64,000 bases of DNA from an uncultured Chloroflexia bacterium. GTDB lineage: Bacteria; Chloroflexota; Anaerolineae; Promineifilales; Promineifilaceae. Of this stretch, positions 1 to 8,769 are shown piece by piece. Both the position numbers and the translations under genes were made by a program. The notes under the pieces are model-generated. The model was not told where the DNA came from. It did not search any database and saw nothing but the letters and a program-made list of their open reading frames with translations. The DNA is taken from positions 3,338-67,337 of the forward strand of contig CAVONO010000014.1 of assembly GCA_963697305.1 (NCBI GenBank). The letters are read 5' to 3'. Each line of letters begins with the position of its first letter. Within the stretch, counting starts at the first letter, position 1.

Positions 1-1620
1 GGTCGGCAGAAGATCCGCGACCTGGACCGCGAATTGGATGAAGAAGATCTGACCGACAGCCAGCAGGCGAAGGCGAAGTGGACGCAGTTGGAAGCGCTGG
101 TGGGCAGCGAAGCGCGGCTTAAAAACGTGGCCAGGGACATCATCGCCCATTTTGAACTGCGTCAGGAGGTCTTTGATGGCAAAGGGATGATCGTCACCAT
201 GTCGCGGCGCATCGCCGCCGCCCTCTACCGCGAGATCGTCGCTCTGCGCCCCGACTGGCACAGCGACGCGCTGGAGAAAGGGGCGATCAAAGTGGTCATG
301 ACCGCCGCTTCCTCCGACGGCCCCGAAATCGCCCTGCACCACACCAACAAACAGCAGCGCCGCGCCCTGGCCGAGCGCATGAAGACGCCGGGTGATGCGC
401 TGAAACTGGTCATCGTGCGCGATATGTGGCTGACCGGCTTCGATGTGCCCTCGCTGCACACGATGTATATTGACAAACCGATGCGCGGGCATAACCTGAT
501 GCAGGCCATCGCCCGCGTCAACCGCGTTTACAAGGACAAACCGGGCGGCCTGATTGTCGACTATCTGGGCATCGCCGCCGACCTGAAAAAAGCGCTCTCC
601 TTCTACTCCGACAGCGGCGGCAAAGGGGACCCGGCGGAGACGCAGGAACAGGCCGCTGCCATCATGCTTGAAAAACTGGAAGTTGTCTCGCAGATGTTCC
701 ACGGCTTCCCCTACGAAGATTATTTCGCGGCGGATACGGCGCAGAAGCTGGCGCTCATTTTAGCGGCCGAAGATTTCATCCTGGGGCTGGAAGATGGGAG
801 GCGGCGCTATATCAACCAGGTCACCGCCCTCTCGCAGGCCTTCGCCCTGGCCATCCCTCATGAGGAGGCGTTGGATGTCAAAGACGAGGTCGCCTTCTTC
901 CAGGCCGTCAAAGCGCGGCTGGTGAAGTTTGACAGCACCGGCAGCGGACGCACGGACGAGGAGATGGAAACCGCCATCCGCCAGGTGATTGATCAGGCCC
1001 TGGTCTCGGATAAGGTGATCGATATCTTCGATGCCGCCGGCATAAAAAAGCCAGATATCTCCATTCTCTCTGAGGAGTTCCTCCTGGAGCTCAAGGGTAT
1101 GGAGCACAAGAACCTGGCCCTGGAACTGCTGCGCAAACTGCTCAACGACGAAATCAAGGCGCGCGCCAAAACGAACCTGGTGCAGAGCAGAAAGCTGGAG
1201 GAAATGCTGGACGCTGCAATACAGCGGTACATCATTAAAGCGCTTACCTCGGCCGAGGTGATTGACGAGCTGATCCAGCTTGCTAAAGATATCGAAGAGA
1301 TGGATGGTGAAGCGAGCAAGATGGGTTTGTCGGAGTATGAGTATGCGTTTTATACGGCCGTGGCCAGCAACGACAGCGCCCGCGAATTAATGCAGCAAGA
1401 CAGACTGCGCGAGCTGGCCGTCGTCCTAACCGAGCGCGTGCGCCAAAACACCTCCATCGATTGGACAATCAAAGAAAGCGTCCGCGCCAAGCTCAAAGTA
1501 ATCGTCAAACGCACCCTCCGCCAGTACGGCTACCCGCCCGATATGCAGAAATTGGCTACGGATACGGTCTTGCAGCAGGCGGAGTTGATTGCGGATGAGT
1601 TGGCTAACGTTAATGAATAA
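1..1620 (+). CDS. hsdR: Type I restriction enzyme R subunit (HsdR), C-terminal ~540 aa; the 5' end lies outside the window
   Basis: The frame is open from nt 1 to the TAA at 1618-1620. It carries the helicase C-terminal motifs DMWLTGFDVPSLHTMYIDKP and QAIARVNR and a long helical tail, as in HsdR proteins. Confidence 0.85.
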   Translation, partial: GRQKIRDLDRELDEEDLTDSQQAKAKWTQLEALVGSEARLKNVARDIIAHFELRQEVFDGKGMIVTMSRRIAAALYREIVALRPDWHSDALEKGAIKVVMTAASSDGPEIALHHTNKQQRRALAERMKTPGDALKLVIVRDMWLTGFDVPSLHTMYIDKPMRGHNLMQAIARVNRVYKDKPGGLIVDYLGIAADLKKALSFYSDSGGKGDPAETQEQAAAIMLEKLEVVSQMFHGFPYEDYFAADTAQKLALILAAEDFILGLEDGRRRYINQVTALSQAFALAIPHEEALDVKDEVAFFQAVKARLVKFDSTGSGRTDEEMETAIRQVIDQALVSDKVIDIFDAAGIKKPDISILSEEFLLELKGMEHKNLALELLRKLLNDEIKARAKTNLVQSRKLEEMLDAAIQRYIIKALTSAEVIDELIQLAKDIEEMDGEASKMGLSEYEYAFYTAVASNDSARELMQQDRLRELAVVLTERVRQNTSIDWTIKESVRAKLKVIVKRTLRQYGYPPDMQKLATDTVLQQAELIADELANVNE

Positions 1621-1705
1621 ACTAGGGCACATAGAAATGGCTTGTTACAGTGCAAACAAACCAAATCGAACAGTACCTCTATGATGATTCCTGGGAGAAA
1701 AACCA

Positions 1706-4700
1706 ATGGCTGACGTCTCACCCTATCTACCTGATCTACTGCGCCTCGTTAAGCGCCACTATCCTGACTGGAACGACTTCACCCACCCGCAGTTCGTCGC
1801 CGATGAGATAGAATACAAACATGAAGCCTCACGGCTGGCCAAAGAAATGCTCAACAGAGAAGCTCTGGAGACTTTGCTTGCTGCCGGCGATTACGACGAT
1901 TTCCTGAGTCGCCTTAAGACCGTGGCCAGCAAGACCAATCTACTCTTTCTTGGCGTACCACAGAAAGGAGATCTAGCGCTCATCAGCCAGCCAGACTCCG
2001 GCGTCGCCCCCATCTGCACCGCCATTTTTGACCTCTTACATGGCCCAGATCTCAGCCAGGATCGCCTGGCAGCTTTTCTTGAATTTGTCACCAGCAGCAA
2101 ACTACCCCAGAAATGGACCTTTCCCACCTATTTCCTGTTTCTCCTCTACCCTGAAAGCGAAATCTTCGTCAAGCCAACGGCAATGAACTGGTTCTCCAAG
2201 GAGCTCGGCGGCGCCGTCCCCTTCTCCTGGGGGCCCAATGGCGCCATCTATGTTGAAATGCGCGCCGCCTTCCACGCCTTGCGCGACGAGCTCAGCGATT
2301 ATGGCGCTCGGGACATGATCGACATCCAGAGCTTTGTCTGGGTCGCCTTCTGGGCCGCTCAGAAAAATGCAGTCTTTGATGCCGCCTTCGAGCGCCTGCG
2401 CACTGGCCTGGCTGATCTGGCCAATCACCATGACCTGCTCGAAATCGAGAAACAGAAGGATGAAGTCATCGAACGTTATGGCGCGATTTTCTCCACAGAC
2501 CATCTGCCTGAACTGACCGCCGAGGAATTCACGAGCTTTCTGCTGTTTGAGAACAACCACCACTGGACGGGCATCAATCGCTATGGCTCGCGCCTTACCC
2601 ACGATATGCCCAAACTGCGCGAAGTATTGGCCATGCTCCATGATGAAACGCGCCCCATCGCCGAACGCTTCGACGAGGTTCGGCAAACGGCAAAAGGGTT
2701 GGACAAAGCTGTCCTGACACCCATACTTTTCGTCACGCACCCCGATCGCTATGGCGTTTGGAATGGCAAGGTAATTGCTGGTTTACGCCAGCTAAACCTG
2801 TATCCGAAGGTTTATGGCAAATACACAGAAGGACGTCATTATGCGGAAATCAATGATGTGCTCAATCAACTGGCGACCGAACTAGAAATCGATTTATGGA
2901 CGCTTGACAGTTTATGGGAATGGATTGGCCGCCAATCGATATTGGCGGAGCCCTTCGCTTCTATTTTCGCTGATCGCGATCAAGCCGAGTGGGCCTTCGA
3001 CTTTTTCGCTGACACGGTTGACCGGGTGGGCGGCAGCCTCAATGATAGGCGCTTTGCCATGACATTGCGCCATACACAGACCCTGCTTCGTCTTAACTTT
3101 GGCAACTGGATGCTGCTTGACATATCAAAGGAGCCTGGCACAGTTCACATGGCTTTATTGATCGAACCAATGAAGAGTCATTTCTCCTTTGAACATTGGG
3201 GGGCATTCGCCCAGGATGATGCCGTGGCTGTATTTTCGATTCCTATTGCCACCGCGAAAGAGTGGCCGGCGGAGCTGCAGTCCATCTACGAAGCAAGCAT
3301 GGATCGCATTGCTGATCGTTTTCGCCGTTGGAAAGGCACTCCTTATATTCACGCCCATCGCGAGGAGCTTTTTCAAGCTCTTTTCGACGAGGAGAAGCGC
3401 GACGTCCTCCTAAGTAAGGGACTTAAGGCAGCGGCGCAAACAAGACGCTACTGGCGTATTACCTTGCCGGACGACCTGCGCCAGAACACGGCCGAAGGCA
3501 GCCGCACCTATAGTCTCTGGCAGAACTGTCTGCATCATGCCCTGGCCGCCATTGCCTTCGACGACAGCCCGGAGAACCCCCAGATTGCACGCTTCGCCGA
3601 GATTGAACCGGGCAACAAAATCGTCGCCTTCTTACGCAACAAGACCATCGGCGGCATTGGCGAAGTCACCTGGCCATTGGATGAACGCGTCGCCCTGGAA
3701 CAGCCAGCCGATCAGGACTATTTTGGCGGCAATTTCTGGCTGCGCATCGGCGTCGACTGGCAGCCCAAAACCATCAGTGTCGATCGGCTTCCTGCAAATG
3801 TACGCAACAAGTTTCTGCAGGGGACAGTCTTGGAACTGAGCCAGGCTGAATTTGAGGCGGTGGAGACAGCGATGCAGGCTGACGCCATCATGGGTGGTGT
3901 AGAATCTGTCGCGGCCCAAGAGTTTGCCGGCTTCACGGCCGACACCTTCGCTTTCATGCGCGAACTGCAGGACAACAATACCAAAGAGTGGATGGAACCT
4001 AATCGCGATCGCTGGAAAGACAGCGTTCGCGAACCCATGCGCGCCCTTTTTACCGATCTCGGCCCGCTGCTGAAGTCGAAGTTTGATCCTTACCTGGTTC
4101 CCGACGCGCTGGAGATCAGGCCAACGGCCCATCATGTTTTGGCCAGAATTCACAAGAATTGGGCGGCAAGGCCGGACAGCATGTACCATGAATACTATTG
4201 GGGTGCGTTCTTTCGCGATCGTTTATCAAGAAAATCAGATGCGCAGTTGTTTATCACCCTATACCCTGATGTCTTTCGTTTCGGTTTTTATTTTGGGGAT
4301 TCGGCCAAACAAGTTCACGATCAGTTTCGCCGTCGCGTCTTAGATGACCCCAATAACCTGTATTTATTAGTTAGCCAGCTCGAACTGACCAATGATTTTG
4401 ACTTTGACCGTAGGCTGGAAGATGGCAAACGCGAGAGAACCGAAATTAGCTCAGCGTCAGACCTGCGCCGCTGGGTAGGGGATGGGGATTTTGAAATGCT
4501 CCAATCCTTGAAGCCGGAAGAAGTAACCATGCTGGGTCCAGCATTGGCCGATCGCATTCACAATGCCTTTCTGCGCGTCTTCCCGCTTTACCTTTGGGCT
4601 GTCGCCGATGATCCTGATCAAGTCATTGAGCGCTATCTCGCCGACGAGTTTCCGGACGACGATTGGGATGGGGATGAAGAGGTTGAGCCTTATACAGAAG

Positions 4701-5557
4701 GTGACTTCCTGGCCATGACCTATTTAACCAACGATACGGCCTCTGAACTCCAGGCAATGCTGGAAGATCGCAAGCAGGTGATCTTCTTTGGACCGCCCGG
4801 CACCGGCAAAACATACGTGGCCCGCCACTTGGGCCAACTGCTGACCGGTCTCGCCGACCCACCTGCGGAGCGAATGGAAATCATCCAGTTCCATCCCACT
4901 TACAGCTACGAGGATTTCATTGAAGGCATTCGGCCTAAGAGCAGCAAGAAGGACGGCCGCTATTTTGTCGATTACCCGCCCAGCTCCGGCGTCTTCGTGC
5001 GCTTCTGCCGCCGCGCCGAAAGCATTGATGGCCCCTGCATCTTTATCATTGACGAAATCAACCGCGGCAACATCGCCCGCATCTTTGGCGAGTTAATGCT
5101 CTTGCTGGAATACCGCGATCTGACTGTTCCCCTCCCCTACTCCAGGGAACGTTTCCGGATACCGGGGAACGTCTACATCATCGGCACCATGAACACTGCC
5201 GATCGCTCCATCGCCCTGGTCGACTTCGCCCTGCGCCGCCGCTTCCACTTTTTCCACTTCGCCGCTGATCCCGATCTATTCGAGCGCTGGCTCTCCGCCA
5301 ACCCATCGCAACTGCCCTATCTCGCCGCCCTTTATCGCCGGTTGAGCCAGGAGGCCATCGACGATCCTCACTTCCGCGTCGGTCCCAGTTATTTTATGCG
5401 CGACGATCTCGATGAGCGCAAACTCAAGCGCATCTGGAAGCGCAGCATATTGCCCTACTTAGAAGAGTATCATTTTGACCAGCTGAACAAAGCCCAACGC
5501 TGGGAGTGGGACAGCGAATTCATGCAGCGCCTGCGCGAGAATCCAGATGGCAGCTGA
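1706..5557 (+). CDS. 1283-aa McrB-family AAA+ GTPase fusion protein with ~1000 aa of extra N-terminal domains
   Basis: GGGAGA RBS upstream of the ATG at 1706. C-terminal McrB hallmarks: GPPGTGKT (4790-4813), IFIIDEINR (5039-5065), GTMNTADRS (5183-5209) and RRRFHF. A DUF2461/TIGR02453-like block lies at ~3932-4420 and a possible PUA/EVE-like block at ~3443-3870. Confidence 0.8.
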   Translation: MADVSPYLPDLLRLVKRHYPDWNDFTHPQFVADEIEYKHEASRLAKEMLNREALETLLAAGDYDDFLSRLKTVASKTNLLFLGVPQKGDLALISQPDSGVAPICTAIFDLLHGPDLSQDRLAAFLEFVTSSKLPQKWTFPTYFLFLLYPESEIFVKPTAMNWFSKELGGAVPFSWGPNGAIYVEMRAAFHALRDELSDYGARDMIDIQSFVWVAFWAAQKNAVFDAAFERLRTGLADLANHHDLLEIEKQKDEVIERYGAIFSTDHLPELTAEEFTSFLLFENNHHWTGINRYGSRLTHDMPKLREVLAMLHDETRPIAERFDEVRQTAKGLDKAVLTPILFVTHPDRYGVWNGKVIAGLRQLNLYPKVYGKYTEGRHYAEINDVLNQLATELEIDLWTLDSLWEWIGRQSILAEPFASIFADRDQAEWAFDFFADTVDRVGGSLNDRRFAMTLRHTQTLLRLNFGNWMLLDISKEPGTVHMALLIEPMKSHFSFEHWGAFAQDDAVAVFSIPIATAKEWPAELQSIYEASMDRIADRFRRWKGTPYIHAHREELFQALFDEEKRDVLLSKGLKAAAQTRRYWRITLPDDLRQNTAEGSRTYSLWQNCLHHALAAIAFDDSPENPQIARFAEIEPGNKIVAFLRNKTIGGIGEVTWPLDERVALEQPADQDYFGGNFWLRIGVDWQPKTISVDRLPANVRNKFLQGTVLELSQAEFEAVETAMQADAIMGGVESVAAQEFAGFTADTFAFMRELQDNNTKEWMEPNRDRWKDSVREPMRALFTDLGPLLKSKFDPYLVPDALEIRPTAHHVLARIHKNWAARPDSMYHEYYWGAFFRDRLSRKSDAQLFITLYPDVFRFGFYFGDSAKQVHDQFRRRVLDDPNNLYLLVSQLELTNDFDFDRRLEDGKRERTEISSASDLRRWVGDGDFEMLQSLKPEEVTMLGPALADRIHNAFLRVFPLYLWAVADDPDQVIERYLADEFPDDDWDGDEEVEPYTEGDFLAMTYLTNDTASELQAMLEDRKQVIFFGPPGTGKTYVARHLGQLLTGLADPPAERMEIIQFHPTYSYEDFIEGIRPKSSKKDGRYFVDYPPSSGVFVRFCRRAESIDGPCIFIIDEINRGNIARIFGELMLLLEYRDLTVPLPYSRERFRIPGNVYIIGTMNTADRSIALVDFALRRRFHFFHFAADPDLFERWLSANPSQLPYLAALYRRLSQEAIDDPHFRVGPSYFMRDDLDERKLKRIWKRSILPYLEEYHFDQLNKAQRWEWDSEFMQRLRENPDGS

Positions 5558-6753
5558 ACCAACCGTTTTGTCGCTGTTCGAACACCGCACACGGACCACT
5601 GACAAGGTCACGTTTCCACAAGCGCGTCATTTGCGAGAAAGCTACAAAAACTATCTGAAGGTGGAACAGAGTTGGGATGAGCCAGGCCAGTTTAACCTGA
5701 CCGCCAGTAACTATATCGGCGTCATTACCATCGACGGCCTTCGCATCCATATCCAACCCAAAACACCGCTCACCAACCTGTTCTTCATGCTAACCTACGC
5801 CTACGAGCTGGCCAAATTCCGTGACGGGGAATCGCCCCTCGCGGCAGGTGAGGATCTTTTCAAATTCTTGATCAAGATTTTCGTGAAGCAAGTCGACCAC
5901 CTTGTGCGCAAGGGCATCTACCGTGGCTATGTCGACTTCGAAGAGAACCACCCCTATCTACGCGGTCGTCTGCTGCTGGCCAGGCAGCTGCAGACCAACG
6001 CAGCACAACTGACACGTTTCCACCAGCGGACCAATGAGCTGACGGCCGATCTGCGCGAGAATCGCATCTTGAAATTCACCCTCTGGCAGTTGTCAAGGGC
6101 CAGCTTCGATGATGCAGTTCTTCGCCGCCAGCTTCGCCGCACGCTCTCCGCGTTTTCCGAAGCGCCCCTGGCACCGGTCAGCCCCGCCGACTGTGATCGC
6201 ATTATCTACAATCGTCTAAACGGCGCTTACCAGACGCCCATCAATTTCGGCGCGACTCTTCATGCAGCATCTTTCTTTAGAAGGTCACAGCGGCGAAACG
6301 CCATTCATGACATATTTACTGCCCATGCACTATATATTTGAATTGTTTGTGGGCCGCTTTTTGGAAGAGTATTTTGCCGCCGACCCCACCTACAGTATTG
6401 ATATCAAACCACAAATCTATCTGGATGTGGCGCAGCGAGAAGAAGGACAACCTGATATCGTCCTCAATAAGAACGGCCGGCCACACTTGATTCTGGACAC
6501 TAAGTACAAGTTGTTCGGAGAAAAGCCGATCCGAGACGATCTCAATCAAATGTTCATGTACTGTCACACAATGGGCGTGCGCCGGGCGGTGCTCATCTAC
6601 AGCGATGCCCGAGCTTTCCATTATGAGGGTCAATTCAAGGGCATGTCCTTATCGGCACGGCCGTTGGCACTGGATGGGGATTTGGCGACGTTCCGCGAAC
6701 GCTGCCGCGTTTTTGCCGAAGGCTTCGCCAAAGAAATCGCAACTGATGTTTGA
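5547..6753 (+). pseudogene. mcrC: McrC-family PD-(D/E)xK nuclease subunit interrupted by one frameshift
   Basis: The ATG at 5547 overlaps the upstream stop by 11 nt. The N-terminal McrC pattern (YIGVITIDGLRIHIQPK, YLRGRLL) runs into a stop at 6341. The C-terminal part (FMTYLLPMHYIFELFVGRFL, PDIVLN...LILDTKYK) is in the +1 frame, which is open from ~6220. The junction reads ...YQTPIN/LARLFMQHLSLEG if one base near 6246-6250 is removed. Confidence 0.75.
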
Positions 6754-6855
6754 ATCCTTGGGTTATGTTACGCCAAGGCTGTTGAGCGAGTACATAGAGA
6801 AAATGGCTGCTGGCAGAATATTGTTAGCGGTTTGAGAGTTGTGAGGAGGCGTTAA

Positions 6856-7600
6856 GTGGACCACCCATTTAAAGTAGGCGAAACCTACCACAACCGTTAC
6901 GGCCGTTACCAGGTCCTCTCTATCGACGAACCCAAAATGCGCGTTCGCTATGAAGACGGCCGTGAGATCAATCTGACCATCACCATCCAGGCCCAGATAT
7001 GGGAAAACATACGGCTGCAAGAATCGACGGCCGTCAAGAAAGACACGCGACGAAAATCCAAAAAGCAGGGCCAGAAAGCGCCGTCCAAGGCCAGCGAACA
7101 AGAGGAGCTGATTGCTGAGATCCTCGAAACCGACGACGCCATCTTCGAAATTCTGACCCGCTTGGTTATCCCCCCAGGGCAGCTTGACCTCTACCTGTTC
7201 TTCGTCAGAAACCCCGACGATTACTTCTCGCAGCAGCAAATTGCCGATGCAGTCAGAGGCGCTAATCTTGAGGGTCAGCGGGGCGTGTTTATGGCCTTTG
7301 GTAATCGGATTGGTCGCTCCCCCGTATCCCCGTGTTCGCTCGTTAAAACCGTACAACAGCTTGTTTTTTGAACGCAAGAGAATTGGGGGCAAAAGCTGTT
7401 TAAGGATTCGCCGTCGCGTGGTGGAAATATTTGAATCCTACCCGAAATTTTATGATTTCCTGATCAATGCCGCTCGCGGCTGGCTGCCGGAGGAGTTTGG
7501 ATCGCAAGGATGGGAGAATAGTACGGCCGTGCACCACGCGCAGCTGCGCTATTTTGACTTCTGGGAGCGGTATAAAGCTGATGCAAGGAAAAAAAGTTGA
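6856..7600 (+). pseudogene. Hypothetical protein (small N-terminal beta-rich module, basic linker, wHTH-like segment) with an apparent frameshift
   Basis: GAGGAGG RBS 6 nt upstream of the GTG at 6856. The first frame ends at 7371. The sequence continues plausibly in the +1 frame (PYNSLFFERKRIGGKSCLRI...YPKFYDFLINAARGW) to 7600. The shift lies within ~7310-7345, next to a C5 run. Confidence 0.4.
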
Positions 7601-7744
7601 GGAGTAGGCGCTTTAGCGGCAACGTGATTAAAGTGATTACTCCGTCCAGTTTCAACGCATCTTGATGATCGTTGGCGCGCCCCATAACGGTAAACTCAAC
7701 GGCCGTCTAATTTGCCCGGCTAACAAATATCCATGAACCCATAT

Positions 7745-8431
7745 TTATTCGAATAAATCGGGATCAGACCACGCTTCCGTTGGATCCTGCAACAAGATAA
7801 GCACTTCGTAGTTACCCTGTCCCACGTTGCGATCCAATGTACGCATGATGCTTTCAACATCATCATACGGCCCATTCACAAACAGGGGTTTGCCATCTTT
7901 GCCTAGGGGAATCGTCTGCGCACAGTTCTCTGGGTTGGCGTCGCCGAGTATCTTCAAGGCCATGGCCGCGTCTTTGTGTGGATTGAACCCCAAGGAGCGA
8001 GCGTAGACAGTACCTTCCTCAATCACCTTTGCCGCCAGGTCCAAATCACAATCCATCATCGGTTGGGATGCCAGTAAATGCCGGCGATATTCGCGCCGAT
8101 ATTCGGCTGCTGACGGGTATAGGTTGGTCAAAGCGTTTTTGACGCCCAGGCAGGCCAAATCAACGATGAATCCGCCCACAACGACCTCGCCAGTCGCGGG
8201 TGATTGGCGGACGACTGCCACCTGGCAGAGCTGTGGCGAATCTTGCCAGCTCTGCGAAATCAGACATTCCAGCAGCGGCCACTGGCCTATTTCCGCCAAT
8301 TTAGGCTTTAGCTTTCGCAGGCCGAGCGCGTTCAATGAGCTCATGACGCGGCTGGACCGCGAGCGTTTACGCGCCCGTTGTTGTCGCTGGTTGGTTTTTT
8401 TGAGACGGTATTTAGCGGACTTCTTGACCAT
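7745..8431 (-). CDS. Conserved hypothetical protein with a Lys/Arg-rich N-terminal tail
   Basis: ATG at 8431 preceded by AAGGAG, 7 nt upstream on the minus strand. The 228-aa ORF has non-repetitive composition. I recognise no family motif. Confidence 0.5.
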   Translation of the reverse strand: MVKKSAKYRLKKTNQRQQRARKRSRSSRVMSSLNALGLRKLKPKLAEIGQWPLLECLISQSWQDSPQLCQVAVVRQSPATGEVVVGGFIVDLACLGVKNALTNLYPSAAEYRREYRRHLLASQPMMDCDLDLAAKVIEEGTVYARSLGFNPHKDAAMALKILGDANPENCAQTIPLGKDGKPLFVNGPYDDVESIMRTLDRNVGQGNYEVLILLQDPTEAWSDPDLFE

Positions 8432-8695
8432 GACAATACTCCTTACGATCTCGAATAATAGCCTAAACCGCCAGTTCCTGAAATAGAGGATAGCAGCCAA
8501 AGGGGCTGGAGACGGCCGATGATCGGCGGGCGTGGTTGATTAATGCGCGTAATATGCAGCGCTTGAAGGAAATTAAGGGGATTGGCAATAAAACGGCCGG
8601 CTATTTCAAGATCCTGACGGGAATCCCCACCACTCCACAAAAAATCTGCGTAATCTGAGCAATCTTTGATGATATCTTTTCGATGTTTTTCCCTC

Positions 8696-8725
8696 TTGAC
8701 AAGAACATCTGTTCTATTCTATACT
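8696..8725 (+). promoter_or_regulatory. Sigma-70-type promoter with a LexA (Cheo-type) box in the spacer
   Basis: TTGACA (8696-8701), an 18-nt spacer, then TATACT (8720-8725). The spacer contains AGAACATCTGTTCT (8702-8715), which is GAAC-N4-GTTC with palindromic arms. Confidence 0.5.
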
Positions 8726-8769
8726 GCAAGTGAAACAGAACAAACTTCAACCAAAATACGAGGTAGGGC

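Noticed and set aside
4011-4018. The cyanobacterial HIP1 (GCGATCGC) as the iterated palindrome. Copies were seen near 4011, 28705, 32515, 39615 and 41150.
   Set aside because: There are only about 5-6 copies. This is a mild excess at most, and far below the 47 copies of ACGGCCGT.
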